Shown: one piece after another, positions 20,342-32,002 of the stretch
Layout: every line of letters starts with the position of its first letter
Position numbering within the stretch: the first letter of the stretch is position 1
DNA from: Naegleria gruberi
Taxonomy: Eukaryota
Reading direction: 5' to 3' (one strand)
Assembly: GCA_000004985.1 (NCBI GenBank)
Contig: GG738889.1
DNA: 64,000 bases
Translations under genes and position numbers: made by a program
Notes under the pieces: generated by a model
The model's input: the letters and a program-made list of their open reading frames with translations, nothing else
Databases searched by the model: none
Told to the model about the DNA's origin: nothing

Positions 20342-22602
20342 TTATTGACCTTCTTTGATAATCTTGAAAAGCGAACTAATATTATTATTCTTAATTGCCT
20401 TTCTACATTCTGAAACAACACGATTCTTTGGTTCTCCTATTCTTAATCTAGCAGCTTTTTGAATCATTTGGTTGACTTCTTTCAATGCAGTTAACAATTG
20501 ATCGTGGTTGGTACTTCTCTTCTTGTATTCACCGATCAATCCCTTGTTGACACTGTGGAGTTCATTATACATGGATCTTACAGATTTCATATCTGCAATC
20601 ACTCTGGAATCTTCTGCTTTAATGACGTAGGCCTTAATAAGCTGAGAGCTATCAGCCATTTCAGCAGTCATCTTTAATCTGTTAGAATTATATTCTTCGA
20701 CACTTTGTGTAATCTGTTCGAACTTTTCAAATTCAACTGGGAAGTCACACTTGGAATCTAATTCCTTGATAGACAAGAATGCACAAACATCTTGGAATAA
20801 ATCACCAGCAACTTCCATATCGTCAACGCTGATAGTCATCATTCCGTCCTTGTAGAGTAATCTGAGAGGAGATCCATCCCTCAGACTTGTAAACTTGGCA
20901 TCTATCACATCAGCCTCTCCTTCAAGCTTAAATACAATGTTAAAAGATTCATTCAACCACATAATAATTCTCTTAACTCTTTCACCTAGAACGAAATTGA
21001 GAACAGATTTTGGAGGTCTAGGATGTTCTCCTGGTATGTACATTGCAAATCTAGGAAGTGTATAACTCAAGTTGAAGATGTGGTATTTAGAACCCAAGTT
21101 GAAACCAACCATAACTTGAATTCTCATTTCCACTGCAATGTTCTTTTCCGGTCTCAAACTGACCTTAATTTCATTCGATGGATTCTTAGAGTAGACCATA
21201 CTGGTATCTGTTGGGAAGAGTTGTTCTGCGGTAATGATTGCTGATCTGATAATATTTTCCGCATCGGTTCTAAAAACAATATCAAGACAATTCTCTTGAA
21301 TATTAGGATTCAAGTTACATTTGACCTTAGAGTCTGATCTAATAAGAGAAGAGTCAATATCACCATTCTTGAGCTTTTTAAGATTTTCCTCGTAGTTTTT
21401 AAGCTCATTGGTCAATTCTTCTCTCTTTTGAATGAGTTTTTCAATTAGTTCATCGAGAGAGGAATCTTCCACTTGTTTTGTAAGATTTTCCTGAGCTGGT
21501 ACATAACCCTTAAGGTCACCACTAACAGAACAACAAATCAATTCATCATGACCATCCATTCTATAATCAGCTACTATTAAACCAGCGACAGATTCCTTGA
21601 GAGAATCTTTGTGAATTAATCTACCATCTTCTTGTTTTCTTACTTCAAGTTTTCCACTATTATAACCAACAATAATATCTGGAACTCCATCTTTAAGAAT
21701 GTCGTATCCAACCATACCATTAACGGCACTCTTAGACTTATTTTTCCAAATTCTATTTGATCCTTTGTATAATCCATAAGTATTACTAGATAAAGCATAT
21801 CCAAAACTTCCACCATTCAAATCGCAAAGCTCTGTAACAGCTGAGGTTTCTTTACATTCAGCAATAATTGATTCGTCTTGATAAATATATATTACATAAT
21901 CGTCAGATCCTACAAGTAATTCATTCTCATTATCACCATTAACATCAGCCAAGCATAAAGAGGTGACATCACCACCTGCAGTAGTCCAAAATTGTTCCTC
22001 ACCATCTCCATCATAACCTTGAATTGAGCAATTTCCACCAACAAAAACAAGTGGATTTGCATGTGATCCAAGCTTTCCGAAAATCATTCTATTTACACCA
22101 TCTTGAACATCTCTGTAGTAAATATCCGAGTTTGTATCAACATTATAGGCCATCAAATTGGTTTGAGTACCAATCATCAAGGTTTCTCTTCTGACTCCTT
22201 GTTTAAAGGCGCCAGAGGCAACACAATTAACGTCCTTATTGACATTCAAGAAGGTTACTATTTTGAAAGAATATTACTAATATTTCTTCAATATTGGATA
22301 CCTACATTGATTTCCTTGATTTGTTTCATGAGGATTGTGTACCATCACCTTACCCGAACTAGTACCAGCAGCAAGACAAGGTCTATTTCCATCGACTAGT
22401 TTTCATATACAAAATTCATACAATCCAACATTGAAATACAATTTAATCAATCCAATTCAGGTCCATCATTGACCAATAAATCAATGAATAGTAGCATTAT
22501 CGTTCCGTAACTTCTTTGATGAAAGCACTTACATTTTCCTACTGCTACAGTTCCCTTCGTGATGGGGTGTCCCAAATTTACTTGAAAGGTTGGATTCAAC
22601 AT
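20342..22602 (-). CDS. BBS2: Bardet-Biedl syndrome 2 protein (BBSome subunit), 3 exons: complement(join(20342..22257,22306..22395,22533..22602))
   Basis: Exon 1 [23 protein letters not shown] matches human [23 protein letters not shown], donor T|GTAAGT. Exon 2 [30 protein letters not shown] matches [28 protein letters not shown]. Donor GTAGGT at 22305, acceptor aaatag at 22258, a 48-nt intron. Exon 3 has collinear matches along the whole protein (…[28 protein letters not shown]…[19 protein letters not shown]…LLVGSDDY…[14 protein letters not shown]…[23 protein letters not shown]…ELKNYEEN…LPRFAMY…[20 protein letters not shown]…[31 protein letters not shown]). The ORF track's start at 22249 is a TTG inside exon 3. 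Confidence 0.85.
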
Positions 22603-22844
22603 TTTTTTCTTTCTGTAGAATTTGTTTGGCGCCAAAAGAAAACCTTTTAAAACTTTTCAAATTTCATTCATGATCTTTGAAGCATTTGCTTTCTCATTGA
22701 CATAAAATTGAAGATAAGATATTGAGAAATATTCATGCTGTGATAAGAGATGTTCCACTTGGTTGATTCTTAATATTGTTGTATGTCTGATAAGGCAGAT
22801 ACCAGTTTTGGCGCCAAAATTTTGTACAAATTTTCTAATAAAAA
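22603..22844. promoter_or_regulatory. Probable bidirectional promoter between divergent BBS2 and the coiled-coil gene
   Basis: 242-bp AT-rich segment between two divergently oriented start codons. Inferred from gene arrangement only. Confidence 0.3.
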
Positions 22845-24478
22845 ATGAGTCGACCAACTAGTGCACCAATCACCAAGGGTGATAAACAGGCTCGTGTGCT
22901 GTGGTTGAGCCAATATAAAGCGTTAAAAGCAAAGTAGGTTGAATAATTATGCGGAATATTCATGATCGTGTATTGTTGTCGAAATAAGGGAGGAAAATTT
23001 TAAGAGGGAAATTGCAAATCACTTTATCAATAATCCGAGAATGGGTGATATGAAAGATTTACTGAATGAAATGCAATCAACGGAAGGAATAAATAGACAA
23101 AAACAATTGGAGGAAAAGAAGGAATGCTTGGAGGATATTCAAGATGTCAGTAAGAGAGTTTTTGCCTTGAAAAGAATGACTCAGGAAAATAAATTAATAA
23201 ATGAGAATCTGTCAGAAGATCAGCGACAAGAGGCTCTCAGAAAGATCACATCCACAATGGAAAGGATTGAAAATCAGTGTATAGTATTTAAACAAACTAG
23301 GAGACAAATGTAAGTGGATGATATGAACTGATTTTGGATAGAATTAACAATTATAGTTTACAAACGCTTAATACCGAGGAAAAGATTTTAATGAAAGATA
23401 TAGCTTCGATAGAGGCTCTAATTGATGATCCGAATTGGTTGAAAGAGAAAGAGGAGGCAGAGAGTATTTTTGATAATCCAGAAAAGATGAAAGCTGTCAA
23501 GCAATATTTGGAGAAGAGAGAAAATTACAAAGTTCCACAAGAAGTTATTGACTTTGACGTAAGTTTATTTGCTCATAATTTTCATGTTCATTTCATTAGA
23601 ATTATGTATCTCAACATGGAGGGTTGACTGGAAATTGGGATGTTGAAGATCATTCACTCTTTTTAAAATTGAGGAGCAAGTTTACTGACCCACAATTATT
23701 TATATCGAAATGTGTTGAGGAAATTAAAACGAGAAGTATTATTGAAATACAGGAGCATGAGGAATTCTATCGACAATACGTCATTTTACTCAACCAGAAA
23801 AAGAATGCCATCCAAAAGTGGAAGGATGAAAAAACCAAAAAGAGAGACGAACAAATTGAAATCGAGGAAGAAAACAAGGTTAAACAATTAGAAAGGGAGG
23901 AAGAACAAAGAAAGAAAGATGCCAAACGACAACAAGTCTTGACCAAAATGAAATTAGAAGCTTGGAAGGTAGAAAGAGAGAATATGGAACGAGATCGAAA
24001 ACAGCAAGAAGAACGAGAGAAACTAGAACGAAAGCAAAAAGTCAGTGAAGAGGAAAAGAAGAAAAAGGAAGAAAAGAAAGACCAAATTGAAAAGTACAAA
24101 CAAATCAAGGAAGAAAAACAAAAGCTGAAACAGAAACACCTAGTGGAAGAATTGAGTAGAAAGGTAAGACCTCCATCTGCTGCAGAAGTTGCCAGAGTGA
24201 AGGAAAGAGAGGAACAATATCTCAAGAGAGCACAAGATTGGAAGCTTAAAAAGGAAAAGGAGGCTAAAGAGAAAGAGGAACGTCTTAATAAGCTCAAAGA
24301 AAAAGTTAAGGTAGATGTTGAACAAAATTCAGATCGATTATTCAAACCCACACAAGCACACATTAATAGAGAAGTTGAAATTAGGGAACAAATGGCACAA
24401 CCAAAATCTGATTCAAGGCCTCTAGCAATGGATGTGAGAATGATTTCACATAGAATAGTTCCGACCTGGCGGAAGTAA
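22845..24478 (+). CDS. E/K-rich coiled-coil protein, ~4 exons: join(22845..22934,23005..23309,23357..23558,23600..24478); exon 1 is tentative
   Basis: Four open frames are linked by in-phase GT..AG introns. These are GTAGGT…taag (70 nt, tentative), AT|GTAAGT…ttatag (47 nt) and GAC|GTAAGT…cattag (41 nt). The last exon encodes a long charged coiled coil (…EKTKKRDEQIEIEEENKVKQLEREEEQRKKDAKRQQ…). The gene could alternatively start at ATG 23041. Confidence 0.5.
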
Positions 24479-24515
24479 TAAATCTAGTTTTAATTAAGGT
24501 ACAAAATTAATTTTT

Positions 24516-25232
24516 TTAAAATTTGGATGATGTATTGGCTGATCCATTAGTATTATCTTCTTGCTCTTCCTTCTTTTCTTGTCTTAAGGCTCTAACATTA
24601 TAATTTTTGTAGCCATTAACTTTGAATCCGTAAACTTTAGGGATGTACACCTCCGTTGGAGGTTTTGGAATTAAAGTATCATATTGAATTAAAAATAGGT
24701 GAGGGAATGTTGTTCCCCAGTAGGCTCCATCAATGCCTCTGTGTCTACTTGATCTAGGGTAATAGATATCATTACATCTAGGACAATAGATTTTAACAGA
24801 AGATTCTCTTATTTTGTCAGATTGTCCAACTGGAAGAGCAGGTTGTCCTTGGCAATTTACACGTGGACATCTTCCAAAATGTACCTGTCGGTATTTTTCT
24901 TCCATTAGTGCCAATCCTCGGTTAGTGAGAATAAATCTGGCATGTATAAGTCCATAGAGAGTATCTGCTGCTGATTCAACTAATTGTTGTTGTTCATCTG
25001 TTAGTTCTTCATCCATTGGAGACTCTAAATCTAGAATCATGTCGAGGGCATAGTCGAAAAAAGGGACTTCATTCTGAAGACCACACAAATTAAAGTCGTC
25101 TTGGATATAATCTTCGTCTACTTCGCAAAAAAACTCATGTCCTTTGAGTGTACAAAACCAACTAATCCAAGAAATTTCTTCTTCCTCTTCTTCGAATTCT
25201 TCGTCTGAGACAGCTGCCCTTCTTTCACTCAT
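24516..25232 (-). CDS. CSNK2B: Casein kinase II regulatory (beta) subunit
   Basis: ATG at 25232. The full CK2-beta signature is present: acidic stretch [18 protein letters not shown], zinc-finger Cys pairs (…[17 protein letters not shown]…[10 protein letters not shown]), [18 protein letters not shown]. Single exon. Confidence 0.9.
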   Translation of the reverse strand: MSERRAAVSDEEFEEEEEEISWISWFCTLKGHEFFCEVDEDYIQDDFNLCGLQNEVPFFDYALDMILDLESPMDEELTDEQQQLVESAADTLYGLIHARFILTNRGLALMEEKYRQVHFGRCPRVNCQGQPALPVGQSDKIRESSVKIYCPRCNDIYYPRSSRHRGIDGAYWGTTFPHLFLIQYDTLIPKPPTEVYIPKVYGFKVNGYKNYNVRALRQEKKEEQEDNTNGSANTSSKF

Positions 25233-25553
25233 TATTTATATTTATGATGATGATGATGATGATGATGAATTAGAGAAAAATGAAAGTGGAGGTTAAACGA
25301 AAAACACCCGTGAACGCGAGAAGGTGGTTTTATCGTTGTATGTTTAAAATATTTTTTTTGAGTGTTTTCTGCTTTACAACTCCAGCCAAGGCGGTAAAAA
25401 ATTAATTGCAACAAGATCATTGATACAATTTTATTATCTAAACCATTCTGTTCTGCCGATGTTGTTTTTTGCTACAAATTAACAATATAATTTTTATGAC
25501 CATAAGAAGAAAATATAATGATCTTCTTGATGACCCAGAGTTGAGATTTATTG
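25233..25553. promoter_or_regulatory. Probable bidirectional promoter between divergent CK2-beta and the Maf-like gene
   Basis: 321-bp segment between divergent start codons. Inferred from gene arrangement. Confidence 0.3.
25248..25271. repeat. (GAT)8 microsatellite in the CK2-beta 5' leader / divergent promoter
   Basis: atgatgatgatgatgatgatgatg immediately upstream of the CK2-beta ATG. Confidence 0.8.
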
Positions 25554-26228
25554 ATGAAACTTCATATGAAACTCTTTGAAAAAATGCTCCGAAAACTTGT
25601 TGATAAATATCATGTAGTTTTGGCTTCTCAATCACCTCGTAGAAAGAAAATTCTGATAGAGAATGGAGGATTAGAATTTGAAAAGGATTTTGTTATCATT
25701 CCATCGACTTTTGATGAAAAATCGTTAGATAAAAGCAAGTTTGAAACACCAAACGATTTTGTGATGGAAAATTCGAGATTGAAGGCTGAACAAGTGTTCA
25801 ACTCTATGAAGGATTCGTTCGATAATTTAATAGTGATTGGAAGTGATAGTATTGTAGTGTATGGAAAGGAAATATTGGAAAAACCAGCAAGTACTGATGA
25901 AGCTCGGAATATGTTGAACATGTTGAGTGGAAATAAGCATAAGGTCATTTCTGGTGTTTCAATCTACATTAAAAACACGAGTAACTGTGCTTCTGAACCG
26001 AAACTTATTTCATTTGCTTCGGAAACTCTTGTTTTGTTTGATACACTCTCAGCAGAGCTCATTGAGGAATATATTGAAACAAAGGAACCAATGGATAAAG
26101 CTGGAGCATATGGTATTCAAGATATGGGATCTGCTTTTGTTTTATCCATTGAAGGAGATTATCATACAGTGATGGGATTACCTTATCAGAAAACATTTGC
26201 TGCCCTCAGACTAGCTCTTCATAAATAA
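25554..26228 (+). CDS. Maf-like nucleoside-triphosphate pyrophosphatase (Maf/ASMTL family)
   Basis: Real ATG is at 25554; the track start 25551 is TTG. Maf motifs VVLASQSPRRKKIL, …VIGSDSIVVY…, …KAGAYGIQD…. Single exon. Confidence 0.7.
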   Translation: MKLHMKLFEKMLRKLVDKYHVVLASQSPRRKKILIENGGLEFEKDFVIIPSTFDEKSLDKSKFETPNDFVMENSRLKAEQVFNSMKDSFDNLIVIGSDSIVVYGKEILEKPASTDEARNMLNMLSGNKHKVISGVSIYIKNTSNCASEPKLISFASETLVLFDTLSAELIEEYIETKEPMDKAGAYGIQDMGSAFVLSIEGDYHTVMGLPYQKTFAALRLALHK

Positions 26229-26400
26229 TAATAATAAGCAAAATTGATTATTATTAGTTATTGGATTCTTTCACTTTTAATGCAATCACAAAATGAACAA
26301 ATTCTCAGACAAGATCCATAAATTGTCTAAATAGTCTCAAACATTCACAATCCATATCGAATGTAATTAAAGAAGTTCAATTTCAGATGCGAATAAAAAA

Positions 26401-28536
26401 ATGGGAAATCAAACAGCAAGATCGTTCAAGAGTGTTACAAAATCCCAAAAGCAAAAAAATACACAACATAAAATGATCAGTGATACACCAACATCATCGA
26501 CCGAGGAACTCATCACTAATTTTACCAAAATTCCAGTGACTAGACCATCATCGAGTCCGATGAGTGATATGGTCTATAGATGTCATGTTGTAGAACAATT
26601 AAAAGATTTGCTAAATAATGAAAAGGCTTTGATGAAAAGAAATTTGGACTTTGTAGAAAATTTGAAGGATGTAATTCATAGAATTTCCAATACTATAGGA
26701 ATGAGGCAAAATAAGAATGATGTATTCAGATGTGGAGGGCTAAAGATGATTTGTCTATTATTTAATCAACTTGCTTCATATACATTTGATGATTTAACGG
26801 AAGGGTCTGTCAAGCAAAAACCTTGGAAAGAATTGGAAGAGACTATTTCTGATATTTCCTATATTTTGTACAAGATGGCTGAGCATACAAGGGCTAGAGC
26901 TGTTATGATCACAACTGGTGTCATTTATTCAATGTGGACTGTAGCTCAGAGATTTACTAATATTTTGGAGTTGTTTTTCACAGATAAAAGCACCAATACT
27001 ACTGAACGTCCAATTGCCAGATTTTATAGACTTAGATTGGAGGCAAACCAACAAATTGAAAGTGCTATTTATCACATGAATGAAATTATTGAATTATTGA
27101 GCTCTGAACTTTCACTCTCCTCAGATTTGACAGATTTATTTAAGAGTGCCAATAGACACTTGAATAGTGCAACAACTGATGAGGAAGAAGAAGTGGATAG
27201 TTTTGGGTTACAGTCTTGTGATGTATTTTTGGGTTTTGTTGATCTTCCACTTACTGAATGGTCACAAAAAGGTTTTGAAATGTTTTTAGAGAATAATACC
27301 AATCCAAGCCTCAATTTATCACTTTCCGACTTTGATTTGAATTTACACAGTTCAATCATTAATGCTAGAACAAATGAATTTTTAGATAGATTCTTTGTGA
27401 AATGGAATTTTGACAAATCTGAGAACCAAAAAGCTGGATTCTATCTATTGAAAAGAGACCAAGGTATTGGAAAGTTTGTTTTACAAAAGTTTTGCCAGCT
27501 CCTCTACTGTGACTCTCTTATTTTCACACAATCAGATATTCAACATCTGAAGGATGAGTGGAAAAGCGAGGTAGACAAACTTGCAAATGCTGGTGAGGAC
27601 ACCTCTGATATGGAGTTCTCAATTGACCAGACATTTGAAAAGGGTGGCATTAAAATTTTATTAGAATCCTTAAAGAATGCGAGTACAAAAACCAATATTG
27701 AAAGATTATTGAATTTTAAAGAAATAATAGTTCTGAATGCTGACACTTCACTCTTTGACGAGTTTGACGAAAATTTGTTAAAGCAAGAGATGGATTTCTT
27801 TTTCAAGGAAAATCAAGAAAGAGACAATGTTCAATTTTTCCATCACAAGAAGGATCAAATCAAAGAGCATGCTCGTCACACAGGAGGTTTAGAAGAAGAT
27901 TTTACAAATGTTTTTCAATCTATTGCAAGAGGAAAAACTGATGATTTTGATGTGTTGATGAGCACTGAAGGAAATGAGCTGGGTCAAGTCGATACAGAAG
28001 TTATGGGTGACGAGAAGTATGCTCTCCAATCATCATGGCTCATTAGCGCTCAAGAAATGGGAGGTATGGCCTGTCATAGATGTATTCTCTCGGCTAGAAG
28101 TGAGTACATGAGAAAGATTTTCAAATATGAAACTTCTCCAAAGTGCCTTGTCAAATGTGAAGATCTAAAGTGGACCAACGATATGGAACTTTTCAATAAG
28201 GAGGTCAAATCAATCCAAATTCCAAACTTATCTTACAGCACATTGAGTTTGATTCTTAGATTTATTTATTGTGGAGAAAATATTTTGAAGATTGATGCTA
28301 AATCTGAAGGAAGTGATAGTTATCAATTGATTCCTCAAACCTATGTTGAATGTTTGATTGCCTCCGATTTATTCTTACTGTATCCATTGAAGAAGTTTTG
28401 TGAATTGCAAATAATGTCCCAGTTGACTAGTATGGATGAGGTTGATCAAGAATTCGCCATTATGTTGCTCAATATCGCCTTAACTTATAATTGTAGTGAT
28501 GCTTTCAAACAAAAATGTAGTTCCTACATAAAGTAA
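26401..28536 (+). CDS. N-myristoylation-motif protein with C-terminal BTB/POZ domain
   Basis: MGNQTAR fits the myristoylation consensus. The C-terminal ~150 aa are BTB-like (…HRCILSARSEYMRKIF…IPNLSYSTLSLILRFIYCGE…LLYPLKKFCE…). Single ORF of 711 aa. Confidence 0.55.
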   Translation: MGNQTARSFKSVTKSQKQKNTQHKMISDTPTSSTEELITNFTKIPVTRPSSSPMSDMVYRCHVVEQLKDLLNNEKALMKRNLDFVENLKDVIHRISNTIGMRQNKNDVFRCGGLKMICLLFNQLASYTFDDLTEGSVKQKPWKELEETISDISYILYKMAEHTRARAVMITTGVIYSMWTVAQRFTNILELFFTDKSTNTTERPIARFYRLRLEANQQIESAIYHMNEIIELLSSELSLSSDLTDLFKSANRHLNSATTDEEEEVDSFGLQSCDVFLGFVDLPLTEWSQKGFEMFLENNTNPSLNLSLSDFDLNLHSSIINARTNEFLDRFFVKWNFDKSENQKAGFYLLKRDQGIGKFVLQKFCQLLYCDSLIFTQSDIQHLKDEWKSEVDKLANAGEDTSDMEFSIDQTFEKGGIKILLESLKNASTKTNIERLLNFKEIIVLNADTSLFDEFDENLLKQEMDFFFKENQERDNVQFFHHKKDQIKEHARHTGGLEEDFTNVFQSIARGKTDDFDVLMSTEGNELGQVDTEVMGDEKYALQSSWLISAQEMGGMACHRCILSARSEYMRKIFKYETSPKCLVKCEDLKWTNDMELFNKEVKSIQIPNLSYSTLSLILRFIYCGENILKIDAKSEGSDSYQLIPQTYVECLIASDLFLLYPLKKFCELQIMSQLTSMDEVDQEFAIMLLNIALTYNCSDAFKQKCSSYIK

Positions 28537-28543
28537 AATTATT

Positions 28544-31060
28544 CTATGCCACAATACAACCACCTGTATTATTATTATTTGGTGCCTCAAAACTTGTATT
28601 TGGCATCATAATATTTGGTACTTCTTGGGTACATTTTTTCTTGCACTCAACCATAAGTTCCTTCAATGAGCTTATTGTGGATGGATGAGGTACCATACTC
28701 AAATGAACAATACTTAAATTTGGGCATGCCAAAATAAATTCCAATAACTGATCATAGGTGAAATCTGCTTTAAAATCAACAGCAAAAGGTGCTGAAAATA
28801 TGAGAACATTCATGCTTTTACTACCTTTCAAAGCTTGAAGTATTGGAAAAAGTTTGACATTCTTCTCAAATTTCAAACAAACTTTTTGTAGAGTACTCTT
28901 GGCATTAAGGACCATCTCTGATATCTTTAAAACTTGACTATTGTTTTCAATTTTAGATCCAAGAAGTTTCAAAGAGGTCAAATAACAAGTACATCTACTA
29001 GATAATCCCAATAAAATATCCAAGTTAACATTCTTTTCAATTTCTAATTCTTTCAATTTAATTCCTCTTTCGTTGATAATATCCAACACACTTGGGTCAA
29101 TTATTTCCGCTACGTTAAGGGATAAAGACACTATTGCTGAATTATTTTCGAATAGTCTTACCACTGAATCATCCACAGTTCCATAGACATCCAAATGATG
29201 TAACGAAGATAATCGACATGATCTGCTAATATAGTTCATCATATCAATATAAATATCCTGAATGTTGACAGATTTAGGAAATAGCAGAGTATGTAACTTT
29301 CTCATCTCAACAGGCACGCCTCCATTCATTGAAACATTCAGTGAATTGGATGCAATAGATGAGCCTTTCATAATGACATATTCCAATGTATCACAACTAC
29401 AAATCATCAAGTTAACCAAATTACACACAGGAACATTATTGCAATTTTGAATGGCAATTGTTTTGATAACCAGAGAATGAAATAATTCTTGCTTCATATT
29501 CGGATTTTCAACATTAAGGAAATCGCAGTTTGTCATTCTGAGATAATTCAAACTCTTACAATTCCTCCCTATCAACAATAAAATGTGTGAATCCATCGAA
29601 CCTAGATTTTCAAATGTCAAAATCCTCAACTTGTCAAAGGATTGCGAAAAGATCTCTTTTGGGACTCCAAATCTATTTTTTCTTTTAGGTCTGTAGCCTG
29701 TAGTAACTATCAAATTTGAGAGCTCTGGTGGTGATGACCCCAATTGTAATTCAATAGTAGTATTATTGCAGTTCAACATGGTAGCAATTTCCAAACAATC
29801 CGATGGAGCATGAATTCTTTCAAGTAATCCTCCACTTTGAATTTTAGGAAGAATGTAATAAATCACTGCAGTGAGAGCATCATATTTACATTCCCTGTCC
29901 ATTTCATATTCTGACACTTCAATGTTCTTCATGTTGGGAAATAGGATTGGGAAATCTGAATTGTTTATATTCTCCAATAGTTCTTCTATTAATTCTTGTC
30001 TTTGGGCTGAAATTGCTATTTGTCTTTGGTGAGCCTCACTGGGTCTGTAAATGAGAGTTTCTAATTTTGTCTTACTAAACTTTTCAATTACCTTGTCATA
30101 ATCATCAAACTTGATATTAATATTTACTCCGCCTGTTCCTTCTACTTCATGATATTCGAAATACTTCAAATTTTCAAATGTTTCGAAAATATCAATCACT
30201 GAAAATAATCGAGTTGCTCTTGCTGGAACATTTATCAATGAAATGTGAGATAATTTCTCCCTTAAACTTTTTGGAGCTTCAAGGGGATTAATTTGGGTCG
30301 TATTCTTATTAAATTCCACACTAAATGAAATGTGTATCTTTTCCAAATTTTCCAAATTGTTAACAATTGAATTGATTTCATGTGGCGACGATCCAATATA
30401 TCCAGTCAGGTATAATTCTCTCAGTGATGAGAAACTATTTTTCAAATTTGAATTCATAAAGGCAAGCACATTCAAACAAGGGGAATCACTTTGAGTATAA
30501 TCAACTGTTGCTGGTCCACAATTAAGATATAATCTTACCAAATGGTTCAGTTTTTCAAGAGATGACAGAGATTTCTTCATAGTTTCACTCTTCAAATGAG
30601 AAAAATCAATATTCCACAAATTCAAAGATAGCGCTCTACCCCCGTCTTCAAATCTCGAATCATCTTCAATACTTTCCATCAGATATTTCATCATAATTCC
30701 CATAAGATTTGGTCCAAATTTCTCCAAACACTTTAAACCATCCAATTCTCCAATTGCTTGATATTCACCACTAGCAATTCTAATGAGATATGGAAAATTC
30801 GATCCATCATTAAACAATTCACTTTCAATTTGTTTCTTTTCATTCAACTTGGAAATATAAGAAAAGGAATTGGAAACTGCCAACTGATGAAAGTACCTTC
30901 CGATCATGTAATCATTCATCAGTAAATATCTACCAACCATGGCACAATATTTCTTATTCAATGCCGTAAAACCCCTCATCACATCAAGAATATTTAAATA
31001 TTCAAATATTTCAAATTGAATTTCGATCGGAAGTTGATCAACCACAATCAAATCATTCAT
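28544..31060 (-). CDS. F-box / leucine-rich-repeat protein
   Basis: ATG at 31060. N-terminal F-box (DQLPIEIQFEIFEYLNILDVMRGFTALNKKYCAMV) followed by ~20 irregular Cys-containing LRRs. Its stop lies only 7 nt from the stop of the convergent BTB gene. Confidence 0.65.
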   Translation of the reverse strand: MNDLIVVDQLPIEIQFEIFEYLNILDVMRGFTALNKKYCAMVGRYLLMNDYMIGRYFHQLAVSNSFSYISKLNEKKQIESELFNDGSNFPYLIRIASGEYQAIGELDGLKCLEKFGPNLMGIMMKYLMESIEDDSRFEDGGRALSLNLWNIDFSHLKSETMKKSLSSLEKLNHLVRLYLNCGPATVDYTQSDSPCLNVLAFMNSNLKNSFSSLRELYLTGYIGSSPHEINSIVNNLENLEKIHISFSVEFNKNTTQINPLEAPKSLREKLSHISLINVPARATRLFSVIDIFETFENLKYFEYHEVEGTGGVNINIKFDDYDKVIEKFSKTKLETLIYRPSEAHQRQIAISAQRQELIEELLENINNSDFPILFPNMKNIEVSEYEMDRECKYDALTAVIYYILPKIQSGGLLERIHAPSDCLEIATMLNCNNTTIELQLGSSPPELSNLIVTTGYRPKRKNRFGVPKEIFSQSFDKLRILTFENLGSMDSHILLLIGRNCKSLNYLRMTNCDFLNVENPNMKQELFHSLVIKTIAIQNCNNVPVCNLVNLMICSCDTLEYVIMKGSSIASNSLNVSMNGGVPVEMRKLHTLLFPKSVNIQDIYIDMMNYISRSCRLSSLHHLDVYGTVDDSVVRLFENNSAIVSLSLNVAEIIDPSVLDIINERGIKLKELEIEKNVNLDILLGLSSRCTCYLTSLKLLGSKIENNSQVLKISEMVLNAKSTLQKVCLKFEKNVKLFPILQALKGSKSMNVLIFSAPFAVDFKADFTYDQLLEFILACPNLSIVHLSMVPHPSTISSLKELMVECKKKCTQEVPNIMMPNTSFEAPNNNNTGGCIVA

Positions 31061-31428
31061 TTTCTAAACCTATCTATATATTCAAAATTCTTCTCTATCC
31101 TCACTTTTTATCTCCATAAAAAAAATTGAGAGATTCCGAATCAAAATTAATTTTCGTTTTTCTATTTTTTTTAAAAATTGTTTTAATTTTCTCTCCCACA
31201 CCAAATTTTATTTATTGTTTTTTTCATGTTGCGAACTTTGACGTCATTACTTACGTGTATAATCATTTTTAATGAAATAATTCATATGTTCATGAATTTT
31301 AGTCCTAATAATTGAACTCTTCTACATTGCAATGTAGCTCTCCAACACTTCCAAACAAGAGTCAACCTTTCATATTCTTCTCAGATCAGTAAATTCTTTT
31401 GGAAATCTAGAAGTAAATTTTGAAAAAA

Positions 31429-31971
31429 ATGGAAGGTTTTTGTTCGCTTCCTGCCGAGATTCAAATTGAAATATTTTCCTTTCTCTCACTCAAGCACTTG
31501 GCAACTATTCTCTCACTCAATAAATCAATTCATCACTTGGCTGATTCTAATACTTCATTTTGGCATGTAGTTTTAAGAAATTATTCAAAATTGATTCATC
31601 CAAAATCCAACACTTTGGAACAACAGATCAATCAAGCACTTTCCGATGTTGATCAAAATGTTTCATCATTAAATATTGAAAAGTATTCGACACTCTTACA
31701 AGAAATGATCAAAACAAAGAAAAGAAATGTGGAAGCTCTCACATGTGAAATAGAGGCAATAACCATGAAAATGAAGCTTTTTGGTGAAAAGATGAAACAA
31801 GTTGAGATGGAATTTACACAATTGTCCATGCATGCAGGTCAGAATGAGCTTTTTGAAGTGAGAATTGAACTTATGAAGGGAATGATGCAAAAAATCAATG
31901 GTGAATATCAAAGAATTGAGCAACAAGCTCAAGAATTGGAAATAGCTTTAGAAAGATTGAATATTGATTGA
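31429..31971 (+). CDS. Small F-box + coiled-coil protein
   Basis: ATG at 31429; the track start 31420 is TTG. F-box (FCSLPAEIQIEIFSFLSLKHLATILSLNKSIHHL), then a coiled-coil tail. Confidence 0.5.
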   Translation: MEGFCSLPAEIQIEIFSFLSLKHLATILSLNKSIHHLADSNTSFWHVVLRNYSKLIHPKSNTLEQQINQALSDVDQNVSSLNIEKYSTLLQEMIKTKKRNVEALTCEIEAITMKMKLFGEKMKQVEMEFTQLSMHAGQNELFEVRIELMKGMMQKINGEYQRIEQQAQELEIALERLNID

Positions 31972-32002
31972 AAAATAAAGATTTCGAATAAAGATTGTTT
32001 AT

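Noticed and set aside
23767-24363. 198-aa minus-strand S/F/C-rich ORF
   Set aside because: It is antisense to the GAA/AAG-rich coiled-coil exon. It is a low-complexity mirror ORF.
27072-27806. Two minus-strand ORFs inside the 26401..28536 gene
   Set aside because: They are antisense, low-complexity and Ser/Lys-rich shadows.
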